A stretch of 64,000 nucleotides of DNA from Mobula hypostoma (lineage: Eukaryota), in contig NC_086097.1 in the NCBI RefSeq assembly GCF_963921235.1, forward strand, positions 205,036,001-205,100,000. The letters are read 5' to 3'. This document shows positions 1 through 13,572 of this stretch, piece after piece. A program made the translations under genes and the position numbers. How positions within the stretch are numbered: position 1 is the first letter of the stretch; each line of letters opens with the position of its first letter. The notes below the pieces were generated by a model. It made no database searches and was not told the origin of the DNA. It was given only the letters and a program-made list of their open reading frames with translations.

Positions 1-59
1 TGCCACTTATCAAACCATGTCTGAATTTTGTCTGGGTTGTGCTTCATGCAGCTTTATTT

Positions 60-1060
60 ACTGGTAAGCTAAAAATGAAATTGAGAAAAGTGCAGTTATC
101 AGCAAACAGTCACACTTCTAACTTTATGATGGAAAGAAAGTCTTTGATGAAGCAGATAAAAGTGGTTGAGCCTCAGGCACTGCCTTGAGGATTTCCTACA
201 GTGATGTTCCAAGGCTGAAGTGCTTGACCTCTGATAACCACATCTTCCCTTGTGGGAAATCACTCAAACCACTGGAGAACTTTGATACCTTTGATGCACT
301 TAACCACAATTTTACAAGGGTTTCTTGATGTCGAGACCAGTTATTCCCACCATTCCCCTGGAATCCTGCTCATTGGTCCATATATTGACCGTGCACTAAT
401 GAAGTCAGGAGCAGAGTGATCTTGGTGAAACTCAGGCTACGCGACTGTGCTTGTGCTATGTTACTGATGAGAAAAATCACTGTGATAGCACTGTCAATGA
501 TTTTGCTGATGATTGATAACTAATCTATGGGTAGTTATTAGTTGAATTCAATTTCTTTTGCTTTTTGTGAAAAGGGCATACCTGTGATTTTTTTTCCCCC
601 AAATTAAGTCAGAATAATGCAGATACTAGAAAACTGAACAAAAAAGCAGACAAGGCTGGAAATGCTGAATACTTAGAAAACATTTATGAAAAGTGACACA
701 AAGTTAATATTTTATAATGGATATTCAACCTGAAACAGAAGCTTTTCTATTGATATTGCCTGATCTGTTGAGTACTTGTGAATGTGTTTTGTTTCAATTT
801 TCCCATTTGTTAGTTAATGCCAGTGTTATAACTGCATTGCAACCTTTGGCTGGAGGCAGTTTACAAGTAGATTGCTTCAGTTGTAGCCGCACCATGTTTT
901 CTTGCCCCGTAGCTTTTGCCTTATCTAATGACCTCAGTCATTACTTGATTTCACTTGCAGTGGATCGAATTGACTGGAGACGGGCTTCTGTGGTGTTGGG
1001 AATATCCAGTGGAAGCCAAGGCAGATCATCTTTTAGACATCATTCCAATTTTCAGTAAAT
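60..1060 (-). mobile_element. Ancient degraded LINE (RT remnant) interrupted by a decayed Penelope-like end at about 615-800
   Basis: Reverse complement of about 130-205 reads ITVGNPQGSA*GSTTFICFIKD, resembling the RT motif G.PQGS.LGP..F....ND. Boundaries approximate. Confidence 0.5.
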
Positions 1061-1287
1061 CACCTTCTCAGTGATCTTCATTACCTTCTCACAGATCTCT
1101 CCTTTCACATTTTTGGTCCTCATTCCAGCTAGATGGACACATCTTTCATCAAGATGTTATCACTTATTAACCAATAACACCTTTTTGTTTGCTGGGTCTA
1201 CCACATTTGTCCAGCTACCCCTGAATCACTTGCTAAAAAGACTCTTTAGTCACCTCCCCTTTGTATGAGACAGTGTCTTCTACATTG

Positions 1288-1704
1288 GAACATAAGAAAT
1301 AAGAGCAGGATTAGGCCATCTGGCCCATCAAGTCTGCTCCACCATTCAATAAGATCATGGCATCTTGCCATTGAATCAACTCCTCCTGCCTGCCTTTTCC
1401 CCATAACACTTAATTCCCCTACTATGCAAAAAATCTATCCAACCTTGTCTAAAATGTATTTACTGGGGTAGCCTCCACTGCTTCATTGGGCAGAGAATTC
1501 CACAGATTCACCACTCTCTGGGAAAAGCAGTCAGTCCCTCCTCATCTCCCTTCTAAATCTACTCCCCAAATCTTGAGGCTATGTCCCCTAGTTCTAGTCT
1601 CACCTACCAGCGGAAACAACATTCCTGCCTCTATCTTATCTATCCCTTTCATTCTTTTGTATGTTTCTATTAGATTTTCTCTCATTCTTCTGAATTCCAG
1701 TGAG
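1288..1704 (-). mobile_element. CR1 LINE 3' fragment
   Basis: Begins with the CR1 3' tail (gaacataagaaataagagcagg), then the antisense ORF2 C-terminus shared with other CR1 copies in this window. Confidence 0.85.
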
Positions 1705-1769
1705 AAAAATGCATACATTGTTCCTGACTCCCTGCATCTACTCTACTGAGCTATGTAAGCATATGTAAT

Positions 1770-3030
1770 TTTGAAAAAGAGTACCTCTCATTCTTCAAAA
1801 CTCTAGTGAATACAGGCCCAATAAACCCATTCTCACATCATATGGTAAACCCAGTCGAGGGAATCTTTCAGTACTCTCTAAATAGGAAGTACTTTTATTT
1901 TTCGAGGGAAGCCGATGGAAATTATACAAAATATTCCTGGTATAATCTCATCAATGTTTGACCTACTTGCAGTAAGATATTCCTTGGAGTTTAGAAGAAT
2001 GAGGGGGGACCTCATAGAAACATTCCAAATGTTGGAAGGCATGAACAGAGTGGATGTGGCAAAGTTGTTTCCCATGATGGGGGAGTCTAGTACGAGAGGG
2101 CATGACTTAAGAATTGAAGGGCGCCCATTCAGAACACAGATGCGAAGGAACTTTTTAGCCAGAGGGTAGTGAATCTATGGAATTTGTTGCCATGGGCGGC
2201 AGTGGAGGCCAAGTCATTGGGTGTATTTAAGGCAGAGATTGATAGGTATCTGAGTAGCCAGGGCATCAAAGGTTATGGTGAGAAGGTGGGGGAGTGCGTC
2301 TAAATGGGAGAATGGATCAGCTCATGATAAAATGGCAGAGCAGACTCGAATGGCCGACTTCTGCTCCTTTGTCTTATGGTCTTATATAGCTCTTCCTGTA
2401 CTCAAATTCCCTCTTAATAAAAAAAATGAATCATTTGTTTTAATAATCATTACTCCACCAGTATACGGGCTTCTAGTGACTTCTGCATAGACTTACCTGG
2501 GTCCATAGGAACATCATCATTACCCAAATAGAAAATGCTTTATTTTTGTATTTCACACACTAAAGGGTTAATTTGCAATTTTTTCACATTTGTCAAGTTC
2601 TTGCCCACCGACTTAGTGCATGTATCTGCCTGAAGTCTCTTTAGGTCCTGCTCCTTACTTACACTCCCACCTCGCTGTGACTCATTAACAAAGTTGGAAA
2701 TTAAGCATTTGGTCCTCCAGCTAAATTGTTGATAGATTACAAATAACTGATGAAACCAGCAACAATCCCATTTAATCACAACCTGCAAACCTGAGAAAGC
2801 TACATTTATTTACACTCTTTGCTTTCTGTTCACAATCCATGCCAGTATATTATCTCTGACTCCGTGTGCTTTAACTTTGTTGACTCGCCTATTGTTCGGA
2901 ATTTATCAAAAATCTGAAGATTCAAATACATCACATCCACAACTTCTCACTTATCTTGTCCACTAGTCACGTACTGAAAGAACTCCAGCAGGTTAGTCCA
3001 GTGCAATTTCTCTTTCATAGTTCCATGCTA
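1770..3030 (-). mobile_element. Old degraded CR1 ORF2 fragment hosting a younger CR1
   Basis: Antisense CR1-like ORF2 sequence continues on both sides of the 1977-2385 insertion. Confidence 0.6.
1977..2385 (+). mobile_element. CR1 LINE 3' fragment
   Basis: YSLEFRRMRGDLIETF...TRGH.LRI (ORF 1915-2169), ending in a gtcttatggtcttat tail. Confidence 0.9.
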
Positions 3031-3225
3031 ACTCTGCAACTTAGAGAAGTGACTCACAACAATTAAAACCTGCTGCTGAATGTTAGACTGCTGCAATTGA
3101 CTTGGAGCCCAGGTTTTCAAAGAGAGTTGGAGAATATTACAACAAAGTAGCAGCCTTTCTTCCAGTCAAGCCAGTGTTGGTATGAATGGCCAAAGCCAGG
3201 AGAATAGCGACAGAATTGCCCCAGT

Positions 3226-5018
3226 TCAAGCCAAGCCAAGTCACATCACGTCATGTCACGTCACATCATGTTTTATTGTCATTTCAACCATAGCTGCTGG
3301 TACAGAACATAGTAAAAATGAGACAACATTTTCCAGGACCATGGTGCTACATGAAACAATACAGAAAATTATACTGAACCACACAAGAAAAAACACAAAA
3401 ACTACACTAGGCTACAGACCTATCCAGGACTGCATAAAGTGCACGAAACAGTGCAGGCTGTAAATAATAAACAAGACCGTAGGCACAGTAGAGGGTATAG
3501 TAGGTTGGTGTCAGTCCAGGATCTGGGTATTGAGGAGTCTGATGGCTTGGGGGAAGAAACTGTTACATAGTCTGGTTGTGAGAGCCCGAATGCTTCGGTG
3601 CCTTTTGCCAGATGGCAGGAGGGAGAAGAGTTTGTATGAGGGGTGCGTGGGGTCCTTCATAATGCTGTTTGCTTTGCGGATGCAGCATGTGTTGTAAATG
3701 TCTGTGATAGCAGGAAGAGAGACCCCGATGATCTTCTCAGCAGACCTCACTATCCGCTGCAGGATCTTGCGATCCGAGATGGTGCAATTTCCGAACCAGG
3801 CAGTGATGCAGCTGCTCAGGATGCTCTCAATACAACCTCTGTAGAATGTGGTGAGGATGGGGGGTGGGAGATGGACTTTTCTCAGCATTCGCAGAAAGTA
3901 GAGACACTACTGGGCTTTCTTGGCTATGGAGCTGGTGTTGAGGGATCAGGTGAGATTCTCTGCCTGGTGAACACCAAGAAATTTGGTGCTCTTAACGATC
4001 TCTACGTCGGAGTCGTCGATGTTCAGGGGAGAGTGGTCACTCCGTGTCCTCCTGAAGTCAACAACCATCTCTTTTGTTTTGTTTACATCCAGAGATAGGT
4101 TGTTGACTTTGCACCAGTCCGTTAGCCACTGCACCTCCTCTCTGTATGCTGACTCATCGTTCTTGCTGATGAGACCCACCACGGTTGTGTCATCGGCGAA
4201 CTTGATGATGTGGTTCGAGCTGTGTGTTGCAGCACAGCCGTGGGTCAGCAGAGTGAACAGCAGTGGACTGAGCACGCAGCCCTGGGGGGCTCCCGTGCTC
4301 AGTGTGATGGTGTTGGAGATGCTGCTTCCAATCCAGACTGACTGAGGTTTCCCAGTCAGGAAGTCTAGGATCCAGTTGCAGAGGGAGGTGTTCAGGCCCA
4401 GCAGTTTCAGCTTTCCAATCAGTTTCTGAGGAATGATTGTTTTGAATGCTGAACTGAAGTCTATGAACAGCATTCGATCGTATGTGTCTTTTTTGTCCTG
4501 GTGGGTTAAGGCCAGGTGGAGGGTGATGGCAATGGCATCATCTGCTGAACGGTTGGGACGATACGTGAACTGCAGGGAGTCCAGTGAGGGGGGCAGCAGG
4601 GTCTTGATGTGCCTCATGACGAGCCTCTCAAAACACTTCATGATGATGGATGTGAGTGCAACGGGACGGTAGTCGTTGAGGTAGGACACTGAAGACTTTG
4701 GCACGGGGACGATGGTGGCGACCTTGAAGCACATAGGAATGACCATGCTGCTCAGCGAGATGTTGAAGATCTCAGTGAGAATCTCCGTTAGCTGGTCTGC
4801 ACATCCTCTAAGCACTCTGTCAGAAATATTGTCTGGTCTAGCAGCCTTCCGTGGGTTGACTCTCCACAGGGTTCTCCTCACATCGGCCACGGTAAGACAC
4901 AGCACCTGGTCATTTGGAGGAGGGGTGGTCTTCCTCGCCACCACGTCATTATCTGCCTCAAACCGAGCATAGAAGTTGTTCAGCACATCTGGGAGGGAGG
5001 CATCACCCACACAGTCAT
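3226..5018 (-). mobile_element. 5'-truncated Rex1/Babar-like LINE (RT plus DUF1891-like C-terminus)
   Basis: ORF 3946-5010 has [31 protein letters not shown] and KFADDTT; ORF 3511-3888 has FYRGCIESILSSCITAWFG; short-repeat 3' tail at about 3226-3270. Confidence 0.9.
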
Positions 5019-5687
5019 CCTCCTGTGACCACTGCAGTCTTCTCTATTGGAAGTCAGTAGCTTTCCACCAACAACACCTGAGTGCCCCGATTGAGCACTG
5101 TGCATCCTCATTCTTCTAAACTGCATTAAGTACAGATTCAATCCTTTCATTCTCTGACACCTGTAACGTTGATTGTTCATTCCTCTTCATTGATTTTGAC
5201 TAATCTACTGAGTCCCACTAGCATCTTGTGTTTGTTCCCCTGGATTTCCAGGATCTGCCGAACTTCTTGTGTTTAACCTTTTCGCCCCTTTCTTTTATAA
5301 ACTGATACTGTTTTCATTTGAAGATAAATGTGTCTTTGACAGTCGGTCAATGAATGACCTTGAGTCACTAAATGCTCATTAATATAAATATTTATTCCAA
5401 TGACGCATTTGATTCTTTTCCCTGGCATTTTAAATGTGTGTCTTCTGGTTCTTGTAACTTAAATCAATGAGAATAGTTTCTCCTGATCTGCTCATTCACA
5501 TTTTTCAAACTTATCCATGGGAAATAATGTCAGCTTTTCTAACTTTGCCTTGTAATCTAAGTCTCCCATGCTTGGAGCCAATTTAATGAGGTTTCCCTGC
5601 ATCTACTCCAAAACCATGCAATGGTTAGATATGGATTTAATACTTTAGTTGTTGCAAATCAGTATTTTATGAAGGTTTATCACTATT

Positions 5688-5689
<2 letters not shown>

Positions 5690-5726
<37 letters not shown>
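5690..5726. repeat. (TC)n microsatellite
   Basis: Pure tc run. Confidence 0.95.
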
Positions 5727-5730
<4 letters not shown>

Positions 5731-5779
5731 TGCGTTAGTTATGTTCAGGATTATGCATTAGTTTAATGATGCAAAAGAA

Positions 5780-6660
5780 TAGGACAAGTTCACAGGTTAG
5801 AGTCCTAAACAGGAGCAGGGGTAAATTGGGGAAAATTAGACAGGATTTGGCAGAGGTCCATTGAGGGAACCTGTTTGAAGAGAAATAAACAAATGCCAGT
5901 AGGGAGGTTTGTTGGAATGTGATATCAAAAATTAGCCGTATTTGCTATTGGAGTGAAGAGTAAACCTGACAAGTTTAGGAAACCCTGGCTGATGAGAGAT
6001 ATCGAGGCACTGGTTAATAACAAAAGGAAGCAGAGATTGGGTTTAGGAAGTCATGGATAAATGAATCCCTTGAAGGCAATAAAACTATTAAGACTACTCG
6101 TTAAAGAGAAGGGGGGAGGATAGAGAGGGGGAGAGAGAGAGAGATGGATATATATGGAGAGAGATATATATATGGATCTGACAGGCAAAGTTAAGGAAAA
6201 CCCCAAAAGGTTCTATAGATACAAAATATTATGAGTAAATGTGTGGCTAGGGAGAGATTTGAATGCATTAAAGAGCAGCAGGGCTGCCTATGTCTCAAGC
6301 AAGGAGGCAAATGGGATTTTTAATGAATATTTCTCTTTTATGTTTGGGGAGATAAAATCAGGTTGCTCAAGTGATAAGAGAAGCAAGTGCAAAACGTTTT
6401 GGAGTACATTCATATTACTAGGGAGGAGGTACTTTCAATGCATTAAGATGGATAAAGCCCCTGTGCATTCTTTGACTTTGTGGGAGCCTAGAGAAGAAAT
6501 TGTGGAGGCCTTAAAGAAAACTTTTGCTTCATCGTTCACCATTGGTGAAGTTTCCAAAGGAGAGAATGTGACTAATACAATTCTGTTGTTTAAGGGCAGA
6601 AAGGACAAATACACACTGGTCAGCCTAATATCAATAGTGGGGAAATTACTGAAGGGAACT
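5780..6660 (+). mobile_element. Old CR1 ORF2 internal fragment
   Basis: ORF 6241-6750 gives a degenerate ..FNEYF...IKMDKAP..Y.LVSLISIVGKLL. Confidence 0.7.
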
Positions 6661-9600
6661 ATGAGGGTGTGTCCTCTGGTCTTAGATGCTCCCATCATAG
6701 GAAACATCCTCTCCACATCCTCTCTTTCAAGGCCTTTCACCAGTCGATAGGTTTCAATGAGATCACCTATCATTCTTCTGAATTCCAGTGAATACAGACC
6801 CAGAGCCATCAAACGCTCTTCATATGACAGCCATTCAATCCTGGAATCATTTTTATAAACCTCCTTTGAACCCTCTCCAGTTTCAGCACATCCTTTTTAA
6901 GATAAGGGGCCCAAAACAGGCCTAAAAGGTGCTTTATAAATACTCAACATTACATCATTGCTTTTATATTCTAATCTTCTTGAAATGAATGCTAACATTG
7001 CATTTGCCTTCCTTACACAGAATCAACCTGCAAATTAACCTTTAGGGAATCCTGCACAAGGACTCCCAAGTCCCTTTGTGCCTCAGTTTTTTATATTTTC
7101 TCTTCATTTAGAAAATCATCAACCCTTTCATTTCTTCTACCAAAGTGCATGACCATACACTTCCTGAAAATGTATTCCATCTATCATTTCTTTGCCCATT
7201 CTCCTAATCTGTCTAAGTCATTGTGTAGCCGCTCTACTTCCTCAAAACAACCTGCCCCTCCAGCTTTCTTCATATCGTCTGCAATCTTTGCAACAAAAAC
7301 ATCAGTTCCATCATCAAAATCATTGACAAAATAATGTAAAAAAAATCAGTCTTAACAGACTCCACTAGTCACAGGCAGCAAATCAGAAAAGGCACCCTTT
7401 AATTCCCACTCTTCATCTCCTGCTAATCAGCCATTGCTTTGTCTATGCTAGAAACTTCCCTGTAATACCATGAGCTCATAGCTTGTTAAGCAGCCACATC
7501 TGTGGCACCTTGTCAAAAGCCTTCTGAGAATCCAAGGATTTAACATCAACTGATTCTCCTTTGTCCACCGTGCTTGTTATTTCTTCAAATATTTCCGACA
7601 GATATGTTAGGCAAGATTTTCCCTTGAGGAAACTATCTGGTCCAGGTGAGTTATCTACCTTCAGACCTTCAGTTTCCCAAGAACCACCTCTCTAGTAATG
7701 GTAACTTCACACACTTCATAACCTCTGACAGCATGGAACCTCCAACATACTGCTAGTGTCTTCCATAGGGAAGACTGATGCAAAATACTTGTTCAGTTAA
7801 CCACCATTTCCTTTACCTCCATTTCTACTTCTCCAGCACCATTTTCCAGCAGTCCGATATCCTCTCATCTCTCTTTTACGCTTCATGTATCTGAAGAAAC
7901 TTTTGGTATTCCCTTTAATATTACTGGCTAGCTTACTTTTGTATTTCATCTTTATCTTCTTTATGTGTTTTTTAGTTGCTTTCTGTTGGTTTTTAAAAGT
8001 GTGCCAATCCCCTAACTTCCCACTAATTTTACTCTATTATATGCTCTCTTTTCGACTTTTATGTTGGCTTTGATTTCTCTTGTCATCTGGACTTTAGAAT
8101 GCTTCTTCCTCTTTCAGATGTATATATCCTATGCCTTATGAATCTCTTCCTGAAATTCCAGCAACTGCTGCTCTGCCATCATCCCTGCAAGTGTTCTTTT
8201 CCAATCAATTCTGACCATCTCTTCTCTCATGCCTCTGTAATTCCTTTCATCCTACTGTAATACTGATACGTTTGACTTTAGCTTCTCCTTCTCAAATTTC
8301 AGGACGAATTCGATCATATGATCACTTACCCCAAAGAATTCTTTTACCTTATGCTCTTTAATCTATTCTGGTTTATTACATAACACGCAAACCAGAATAG
8401 TTGATTCTCTCTTGGGCTCAATCACGAGCTGCTCCAAAAAGCCATCTCATAGGCACTCTAGAAACTCCTCCTCCTGGAGTCCAGCACCAACCTGATTTTC
8501 CCAATCTACCTGCTTGCTGAAATTCGCCATGACTATTGTAACATTGCCCTTTTGGCATGCATTTTAGTCTCCCAATGTAATTTGTATACCACATCCTTAC
8601 CAATGTTTGGGGGTCTGGATACAACTCATATCAGTGTCTTTTTACCCTTGCAGTTCCTTAGCTCTACCCACAATGATTTAACACCCTGTGGCACCTCTTT
8701 CCAATGATTTGATCTGATTTTTTAACCAACAGAGCCATGCTGCCGCCTCTGCCTTCCTGCCCGTCATTTTGATACGATGTGCATCTTTGGACATTAAACT
8801 CCTAACCATACTCTTCTTTCAGCCATGATTCTGTGATGCCTCCTACATCATACCTGCCATTCTGCAACTGTGTCACAAGTTCAACTTCTTATTCTGCTTT
8901 CAAATATATCACCTTCAGCCCTGTAATCACGCTTCTCGATTTTGTCCACCTTTACAATCCAACTTACCCTGCTGACTGCAGTTTTGCCCTATCAACAGCC
9001 TCTCCTCACTACAGAATGCTTCTGTTTGTAAACCAGCTACCTTATTTTCAGCATTATCATCCGCCTTTCCTACAATGCTCTTTCCCTTGCAATATACGCG
9101 GCTCAGGACACCTGTCACACCATGCTTAACCTTTTGATTCCTAACTTTGTCTGAGGTCTTACTAACATCTGCCTCCAAACCACTCCACTAATTGTTCTGG
9201 CACTCTAGTGCTCATCCCACTGCAACTCCTTAAAGCCTGCTGTGAAGCATTAACAATCCTTCCTGCCAGGATATTATTCCCACTCCAGCTCAGGTGCAAA
9301 CTGTCCAGTCTGTACAGGTCCCACGTTCCCTGGAAGAAAGCCCATTGATCCAAAAATGTTATGCCCTCCCTCCTACAATAACTCCTTAGTCACATTAAAC
9401 TGTATAATCTTCCTATTTCTGGCCTCACTAGTACGTGGAACGGGTATCAATCTTGAGATCACAACCCTGGAGATCCTGCCCTTTAGCTTAGCACCTAACA
9501 AGCTGAACTCCCAAAGCAGAACATTGTCACTCATCTTACCCATGTCATTGGTAGCTACATGGACCACGACTTCTGGCTGTTCACCTACCCACTTAAAAAT

Positions 9601-10470
9601 GCTGAGGACTCCAAGATATCCTAGATCCTGGCACCCAGGAGACAATGTGCCATCCGCAAATCTCATTCTTATCCGCTGAGCCTTCTGTCCATTCCCCTAA
9701 CTAATGAATCCCCTGTCACCTCAGCATCATCTTCTCCATCCTTCCCTTCTGAGTCATAGAGGCTGACTCAGTGCCAGAAACCCAACCTAACCACAGTGTC
9801 TTTCCTCTGTTAGGTCATCTACCTCCACCCACGCCCCCCCCCCCACCAACAGTATCCAAAGTGATATACCCGCTGCTGAGGGGGATGCTTACAGGGGCAC
9901 TCTGCACTAGCTCCTTAACCCTTTTCACCTTCCTGACTGTCACTCTATCTTTAGTCCTGCACTTGGATGTAACTACTGCTGTATATGTCCAATCTATCGC
10001 CCCTTCAGCCTCCCAGATGATCTAAAATTCATCCAGTTCCAGCTCCAGCTCCTTAATGCAGATTGTTAGAAGCTGCAGCTGGATGAACTTCTAGTGGCTG
10101 TACTCAGAACCAGGCTTATTATCACCAGCCTGTGTCATTAGGGAGACTGGAGGTCTTCCTGCCTTCTCACATCCCACAAGAGGATTATTTCTCTATCCTG
10201 CCTGGCAACTCTGTTGTCCTAGCTGAGCAGATATAAAGGAGGGAAAGGAAAAAAAACCTTAACCTTCAAGTTTTCTTTGCTTTGCTTTCTCTGACTGAGG
10301 CCTCTCTTTGTTGAGGTCTCAGAGCACAAGCCTTAAGATTACCACTGACTCCATCCACTCAGACAGCAGTCACTGTGCCAATGGCAGCCACACTTGCCCC
10401 CGCCTTCCTTTAATTTGGTCTTGCTAATCAATCCCAAACACTAGTTGGTTGCTGGTCAAAGCTCTTTGTA
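6661..10470 (-). mobile_element. Near full-length, decayed CR1 LINE (5'UTR, ORF1 with SGNH-esterase-like domain, ORF2); 3' tail missing, internal deletion near 7635
   Basis: ORF 9373-9666 (QPEVVVHVATND..SRVVISRLIPVP) and 9162-9353 (LYRLDSLHLSWSG) are CR1 ORF1 esterase; ORF 6435-6812 starts with LGLYSLEFRRMIGDLIETY; many stops and frameshifts. Confidence 0.85.
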
Positions 10471-11227
10471 TACAAGTTATATGTACTGTACACATCAAGT
10501 ACATAGATAACAATGGTATAACAGTTTCTTGCTGTTATAAAATCACCTTAGTATAAAGCTTTTTATGTATCTTGCAATTATTAAATTAAGAAGAACTCAC
10601 AAGGCTCCCAACTGTAACCAAGATACTGATAGTCAATTATAAATGATATCATGCATTGACAGAGTATATTGTGGATATTTTGCCTGACTGACCTGTTGAT
10701 AATTGGAAATATTGACAGCTAGCATATGCTACCAGGTGTTCATTTACCCAGGAATAACTTCTTATCTATTGGCTTGATTGTATGTCACTCATGTGCTTCA
10801 TTGAATGGTTAATATTGCCTTCAGTTTCCAAAAATCAAAATGAAAGGCTTGCTTAGAAGAATTTGCTATGACAATTAGAACAAATTATAAACATGTCCCT
10901 TTGGAGCAGATGAAACCAAATATTAATGATAAAATTGCTGCTGTGTTTCACAACACTGAGTGTTTCAAAGTCAAAAGAAGGTATTTACTAACCAGCTAAA
11001 CATTAGCAAGAAGCAGCTGCAAGCCAGATGAGTTGCAAAAATCTCTGCAATAATTAGGCACTGATGAGATTGAAAACATTTGCTCCACACAAATTTATTT
11101 ACTTCAAATGACTGATTCTCAGCCTTGCCAGTGGCTTGGAATCTTATTACTGAAACCAATGGCTTTACAATCAATTTACCTTATGCAAAACATAGGTCTT
11201 GGAGAAGATAATGTCTTTCAGTGTTGG

Positions 11228-11269
11228 AGTTATAACAGGTGTTGTGCAGTTATAACAGGTGTTGTGCAG
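11228..11269. repeat. 20-bp tandem duplication (agttataacaggtgttgtgc x2)
   Basis: Two exact adjacent copies. Confidence 0.9.
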
Positions 11270-11723
11270 CAATATGCTCATATTAAATCATGATAGTACA
11301 TTTCAGATCTAGTCCCAGAACATCCTTGGTTGCTTTTTTTGTAAGTTAAGAAGGAAGAATAGGTTAAATGAATGGAAAAGTCCTTCTGTGAATTACAATT
11401 AATATGCAATGGTAATAACTGAATAATAACGCTATCTTCATAGTGTTTTTGTAATATTGTGTCTCTCTGAGTCACTATGTAAATTGAGATAGTTTCCATC
11501 AACAGTTCTCTTATTCTCAAAGAATGATTACCAAAACCATTCACGTTTCGACAGTTAGCTACTTCGCATACAATTTGCTATCACTTTAGTTATGCTGCTT
11601 TTTAGAACTGAACCATATTTACATTTCTTATTGCAAATTGTAATTTTTGGATGTGTTGACCAGCTATGTCACAACAGAAGAATCCTTGTATTTAAACAGT
11701 TGCTCTGTGATCTTCAATATGTA

Positions 11724-11790
11724 CAGTATTGTTAAAAAGTCTTGGGCACATATATATAGCTAGGGTGCCTAAGACTTGTGCACACTATTG
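11724..11790. mobile_element. 67-bp Tc1/mariner-type MITE, copy 1
   Basis: Imperfect palindrome cagtattgttaaaaagtcttgggcac...gtgcctaagacttgtgcacactattg flanked by TA on both sides. Confidence 0.75.
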
Positions 11791-11952
11791 TAAGCTATGT
11801 TTTTATATAATATTCTGCGTAGGTTAATTTTGATTGAATTTGAAGCACGTGATGAAAAGACATCCATCTCCAGTCTCTTTTTATTTGTCCTTGAAATAGC
11901 AGTATCTGTAAGTCTGAAGTTTTTGTTAACATTCGTAAACATTTAGTAGATA

Positions 11953-12019
11953 CAGTACTATGCAAAAGTGTTCAGCACTTCATCTATAGATATGTGCCTA
12001 AGACTTTTGCACAGGACTG
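11953..12019. mobile_element. 67-bp Tc1/mariner-type MITE, copy 2
   Basis: cagtactatgcaaaagt...gtgcctaagacttttgcacaggactg with TA flanks; same length and TIR as copy 1. Confidence 0.78.
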
Positions 12020-12267
12020 TAAGCAACTTCTCATTTATATTCAGCTCTTTTTTTTCTGATAACTGGAAATTAATTAAAATATTCATTTTTTATTCTTTCA
12101 GCAGGATTATGCATCAAGGGATAAAATATGCAAACAAACTTACATAAATTACAATATTTATTAATTATGCATGTCATCTTGTTTGTTATGGCTCAATTAA
12201 ATGTGTACTGATCAGTCTGATATCTTTCACATTTTACAGGCCGGCATTACTCTCCGTGCTGTAGCAC

Positions 12268-12294
12268 ATGGATTTCAGGACTACGGCTGACGAG
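12268..12294 (+). CDS. SNTG1: Gamma-1-syntrophin first coding exon (MDFRTTADE); exon starts at 12240 with 28 nt of 5'UTR
   Basis: Acceptor tttcacattttacAG (12238-12239), ATG at 12268, donor GAG|gtaggt at 12295, phase 0. The peptide matches the SNTG1 N-terminus as I recall it (human MDFRTACEE). Confidence 0.9.
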
Positions 12295-13324
12295 GTAGGT
12301 TCATTTCAAGCTTTCAGCTCACATTATTAGATTAAGTTGAACGGGGAAACGTGCATGGCTTTTAAAGGATAGATTTCTGCATTGACCAGTTCATCATTGA
12401 AATCTACTTTTCAGTACACTCTGAATGCTACTTCTACTGATTATATACTGGCTCTTTTACTTGAGGTGACAGCACTCATCAGAGAACTCAAGAAAAATAG
12501 CCCACAAAGACCTCGCACCCTCTGTGTCATGATTTCATCATTCTTAATGCTGATAATTGACGTTTCAGTTCAATGAGGCCTCTGGCAACCAGCAACACTG
12601 AAATCGGCAAGTGAGATGAATGGCCAAATATTCTGAAAATTCTTCCAACAACTGGCTTGGCATTTTTAAAAAATGCAACTTCTATCTTTTCAAACAACTT
12701 CAAACAACTACATGAATATTGGAATATTTGCATGAAAACAAATCAAATTAACTGTTCCTTATGAAGTAATTTTTTTATCATTTAAAAGGCATAAATACAG
12801 TATCTGAATTGTATAAATATAAATTGTATGAGGGAATGTCAATCTATGCATGTCAAACCAGAATAGTTGCTTACCAGTAATGATGGATTATTAAAACACA
12901 TTGTGCAATAATTTGCAATGTTTTCATGCTTCCCCTCCCCCAGAGAGAATGATTAGTAAAACTGGAAGATCATAATAGTTCACTGATTTGATAATTATAA
13001 TTGTAAAACAACAGCTAGAGAATGAAATCATGGGCAGTAATTTCTTTTACTCAAGAATTTGCTCTGGTTTACTTGGTGAATAAATAGTTTTGTCTTGACC
13101 ATAATGAAAAAAAATTCAGCCCAACAGCTGAAATGCAACAAAGCTTTGGAATGATTTAATATGGCACACTTCTGGAAACTCAATCAAAGTTCCAATTATT
13201 TTAGATAGCAGGAAATTTAAATTTCCATCCTAATTTATAAAAGGACAATATAAATGACAAAGAGAACAATTGGACCTATAGGAAACAAACAATATTTTAG
13301 AGACTTTTGGGTTTAATTAATTAA

Positions 13325-13572
13325 TTAATATGTTGGGTTACAGTTCGGAGTAGGCCCTTCCAGCCCTTCGACCCATGCTGCCCAGCAATCCCCTGATTTA
13401 ATCCAAGCCTACCCAGGGGCAGGTTATGATAACCAATTAATCTACTAACCAGTACGTCTTTGGACTGGGAGGAAACTGGAGCACCTGGAGGAAACCCAAG
13501 TGGTCACGGGGATAAAGTACAAACTCCTTACAGGTAGCGGTGGGAACTGAATCCAGGTCACTGGTACAGTAA
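13325..13572 (-). mobile_element. V-SINE-like element
   Basis: Antisense V-domain-like core ggaggaaactggagcacctggaggaaaccca. Confidence 0.7.

Noticed and set aside
3643..4972. Plus-strand ORFs of 79-151 aa
   Set aside because: Antisense shadows of the Rex1-like RT.
12085..12104. Strong-looking tandem acceptor tttttattctttcAGcAG upstream of the start exon
   Set aside because: No matching donor or other support; cannot be told apart from AT-rich background without RNA data.
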